From contig NIVC01000891.1 in the NCBI GenBank assembly GCA_002269645.1, positions 310,001-374,000 on the forward strand: DNA of 64,000 nt, in the 5' to 3' direction. This document shows, piece after piece, positions 61,713-64,000 of the stretch; position 1 is the stretch's first letter, and each line of letters begins with the position of its first letter. This DNA is from Macrostomum lignano. Taxonomy: Eukaryota. The position numbers and the translations under genes are program-made. The notes beneath the pieces are model-generated. The model did not search any database, was not told the DNA's origin, and was given only the letters and a program-made list of their open reading frames with translations.

Positions 61713-62599
61713 ACACAGGATACATGTAGGCAGCCAGATAAGGCACTGAGCATGTCTTTTTTACTGCACTTTTACGAGACAGCCAGTCAGACAAAGATGT
61801 CAACCTTCTAAACACTGGCCACGGCAGCATTAGCTGGTGCGGAAAAATCAATTACCGCAACTGTGTTCCATCTAGGCTGCGCTGCCACGCAATTTCAATC
61901 AGCGAAGCCACCTGCCTCAACTGCCTCTGGGCAAGGAGAGCTCAAGTTGAGCTTTCGTCACATGGAAAAGCAAATGTACCGATGCTTGAGTTGAAAAACT
62001 TTCAATTTTGAGAGTTCTGCGATCACAGTGAAAATTTAAAACACAGACAGATAGACAGACAGAGTGAAGGACCAGAGACTGAGCATAGCAGAAGCCTGTC
62101 AGACCAACGCAGATCAAAGAGGTGAGTCCCAAATCGCAGAGGAACTCTAATTATAATTGCAACGGTCGTCAGCACACGGATACGGGCCGTAGATCCCAGA
62201 TGAAAGCCGTCACCGCATGCGCGAGGTTGGAGATGGGGCATCGAGTAAAAAAGGGAGCCGAGGAGATGCAAAGAAAAGTTAGCACTGACCAGCACGGATT
62301 ACGAGCTAACCAGCAGTAGAGCTTGTACTGAACGTCAGACCATACTCGTACTTACAGGCCTTACTATGAAGCATACAGGTAGCCGGGGGCTGCATTAAAC
62401 AGACATGGCAGTCACGTGAATTTCCAAATGCTTTGTTCTAAGACCGACAAGCCTTTCAAATTGATTAGCTTTTGCAATTGGCATTTAAATTTTACAGTAA
62501 CAATATGTGCAATGTAAAAAATGAAATTCGCCTACCTGTTTAACAGACTGAGGAGTCAGTGACGGCTCTGGCTGACACCCTAAAACCGGCAATGATCCA

Positions 62600-63300
62600 G
62601 AGTCCGACACCTAAAACCTATCAAGACCCTGTCTGACACCCTAAAACGGATGGAGACCCTGTCTGACACCCTAAAACGGATGGAGACCCTGTCTGACACC
62701 CTAAAACGGATGGAGACCCTGTCTGACACCCTAAAACGGATGGAGACCCTGTCTGACATCCCATAACGGATGGAGACCCTGTCTGACATCCCATAACGGA
62801 TGGAGACCCTGTTTGACACCCTAAAACGGATGGAGACCCTGTCTGACACCCTAAAACGGATGGAGACCCTGCCTGACACCCTAAAACGGATGGAGACCCT
62901 GTCTGACATCCCATAACGGATGGAGACCCTGTCTGACATCCCATAACGGATGGAGACCCTGTTTGACACCCTAAAACGGATGGAGACCCTGTCTGACACC
63001 CTAAAACGGATGGAGACTCTGTCTGACACCCTAAAACGGATGGAGACCCTGTCTGACACCCTAAAACGGATCGAGACCCTGTCTGACATCCCATAACGGA
63101 TGGAGACCCTGTCTGACACCCTAAAACGGATGGAGACCCTGTCTGACACCCTAAAACGGATGGAGACCCTGTCTGACACCCTAAAACGGATGGAGACCCT
63201 GTCTGACACCCTAAAACGGATGGAGACCCTGTCTGACATCCCATAACGGATGGAGACCCTGTCTGACACCCTAAAACCGATGGAGACCCTGTCTGACACC
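62600..63300. repeat. 30-bp minisatellite GACACCCTAAAACGGATGGAGACCCTGTCT
   Basis: About 23 copies. Confidence 0.95.
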
Positions 63301-64000
63301 AAAAAGCCGCAATGACCAAACCATAGGATAAGAATTAACTAAGAAAAAGATAATTAAGAAATCAAGAAAAGAAAATGATTAAAAAAAGGCAAATTCACTG
63401 CTGATGACATGCACTCAAGTGCACTGGAGTTCTGAAAGCAAATAAAGTACAAGTACATAAAAGAGTTTATTCTATCTGCTCAAAATCTAATCATTTACGC
63501 ATCGGTGCACAATATCTCATAGGCTATATATAAAATATAAACAGAACAATAAAAAAGTTAAGCAAGCACAAAGAAGGGCTTCCCTGGTTGTCGGAATTTC
63601 GGTGAAGATAAACAACGCTAAACAACACACAGAAGAGCCCTCTCCGTCATGCAGTTCAAGTAGTAATGTGCGAGTAAACAAGGCTTAATAATGAAAAAGC
63701 TAAGAAGCGCAAGGAGGCTGCAGGATGAAGATTGAGTAACAGTCACCAAATGGTCCAAGCCAACCGCATCAGAAATGATACACAGGAAAACAACTGGTCC
63801 AGTTTTGAAAGCACAGACAAAGATTCGCATTATCGATATTGGAAAACAATTCAACTAAGCAAATAGGAGAACCCTGCTTCAGTCTATCATAAAGAACTTG
63901 GAAATACAAAAGCAGAAAAACAGTTTGAGAAGAACAGCACGGTGCTTGACAGCCAGAAGCAGCTTAAAAGTTCAGTATAACTTATCAAGTCATAAACTTA

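Noticed and set aside
56990-61851. ORFs of 965-1587 aa on both strands
   Set aside because: They arise from the T-poor satellite, which is stop-free in several frames on both strands; no domain signal.
63618-63854. Short hydrophobic ORF or LINE remnant
   Set aside because: No recognisable motif or supported splice structure.

Overview
Eukaryotic (metazoan) genomic DNA with GT-AG introns, GC-rich exons and many minisatellites. Codon style, repeat load and a recognisable RTE retroelement suggest a Macrostomum-like flatworm (inference, not verified). Reconstructed genes: three tandem short histidine-phosphatase (PGAM-like) paralogs (7.7-13.5 kb), a TMEM47/VAB-9-like claudin-superfamily gene, a FAM210/DUF1279 gene, a secreted fibrinogen-domain gene, a KLF2/4-type transcription factor, a GADD45-like gene and an 8-exon otopetrin. 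Mobile DNA: a 5'-truncated, frameshifted LINE; decayed RTE fragments; a Penelope element with inverted ends, target-site duplication (TSD) and hammerhead ribozymes; a TTAA-flanked foldback piggyBac derivative; a probable solo LTR; and tRNA-derived SINEs. Most long ORFs in the supplied track are tandem-repeat artefacts. Most notable observations: (1) the three phosphatase paralogs each have a different intron structure, and one has a sharp CpG-decay boundary inside it; (2) TACATGTA is strongly over-represented and looks like a Tc1/mariner excision footprint; (3) a 60-bp duplication of an otopetrin exon/intron junction creates twin in-frame donors. All counts are manual.
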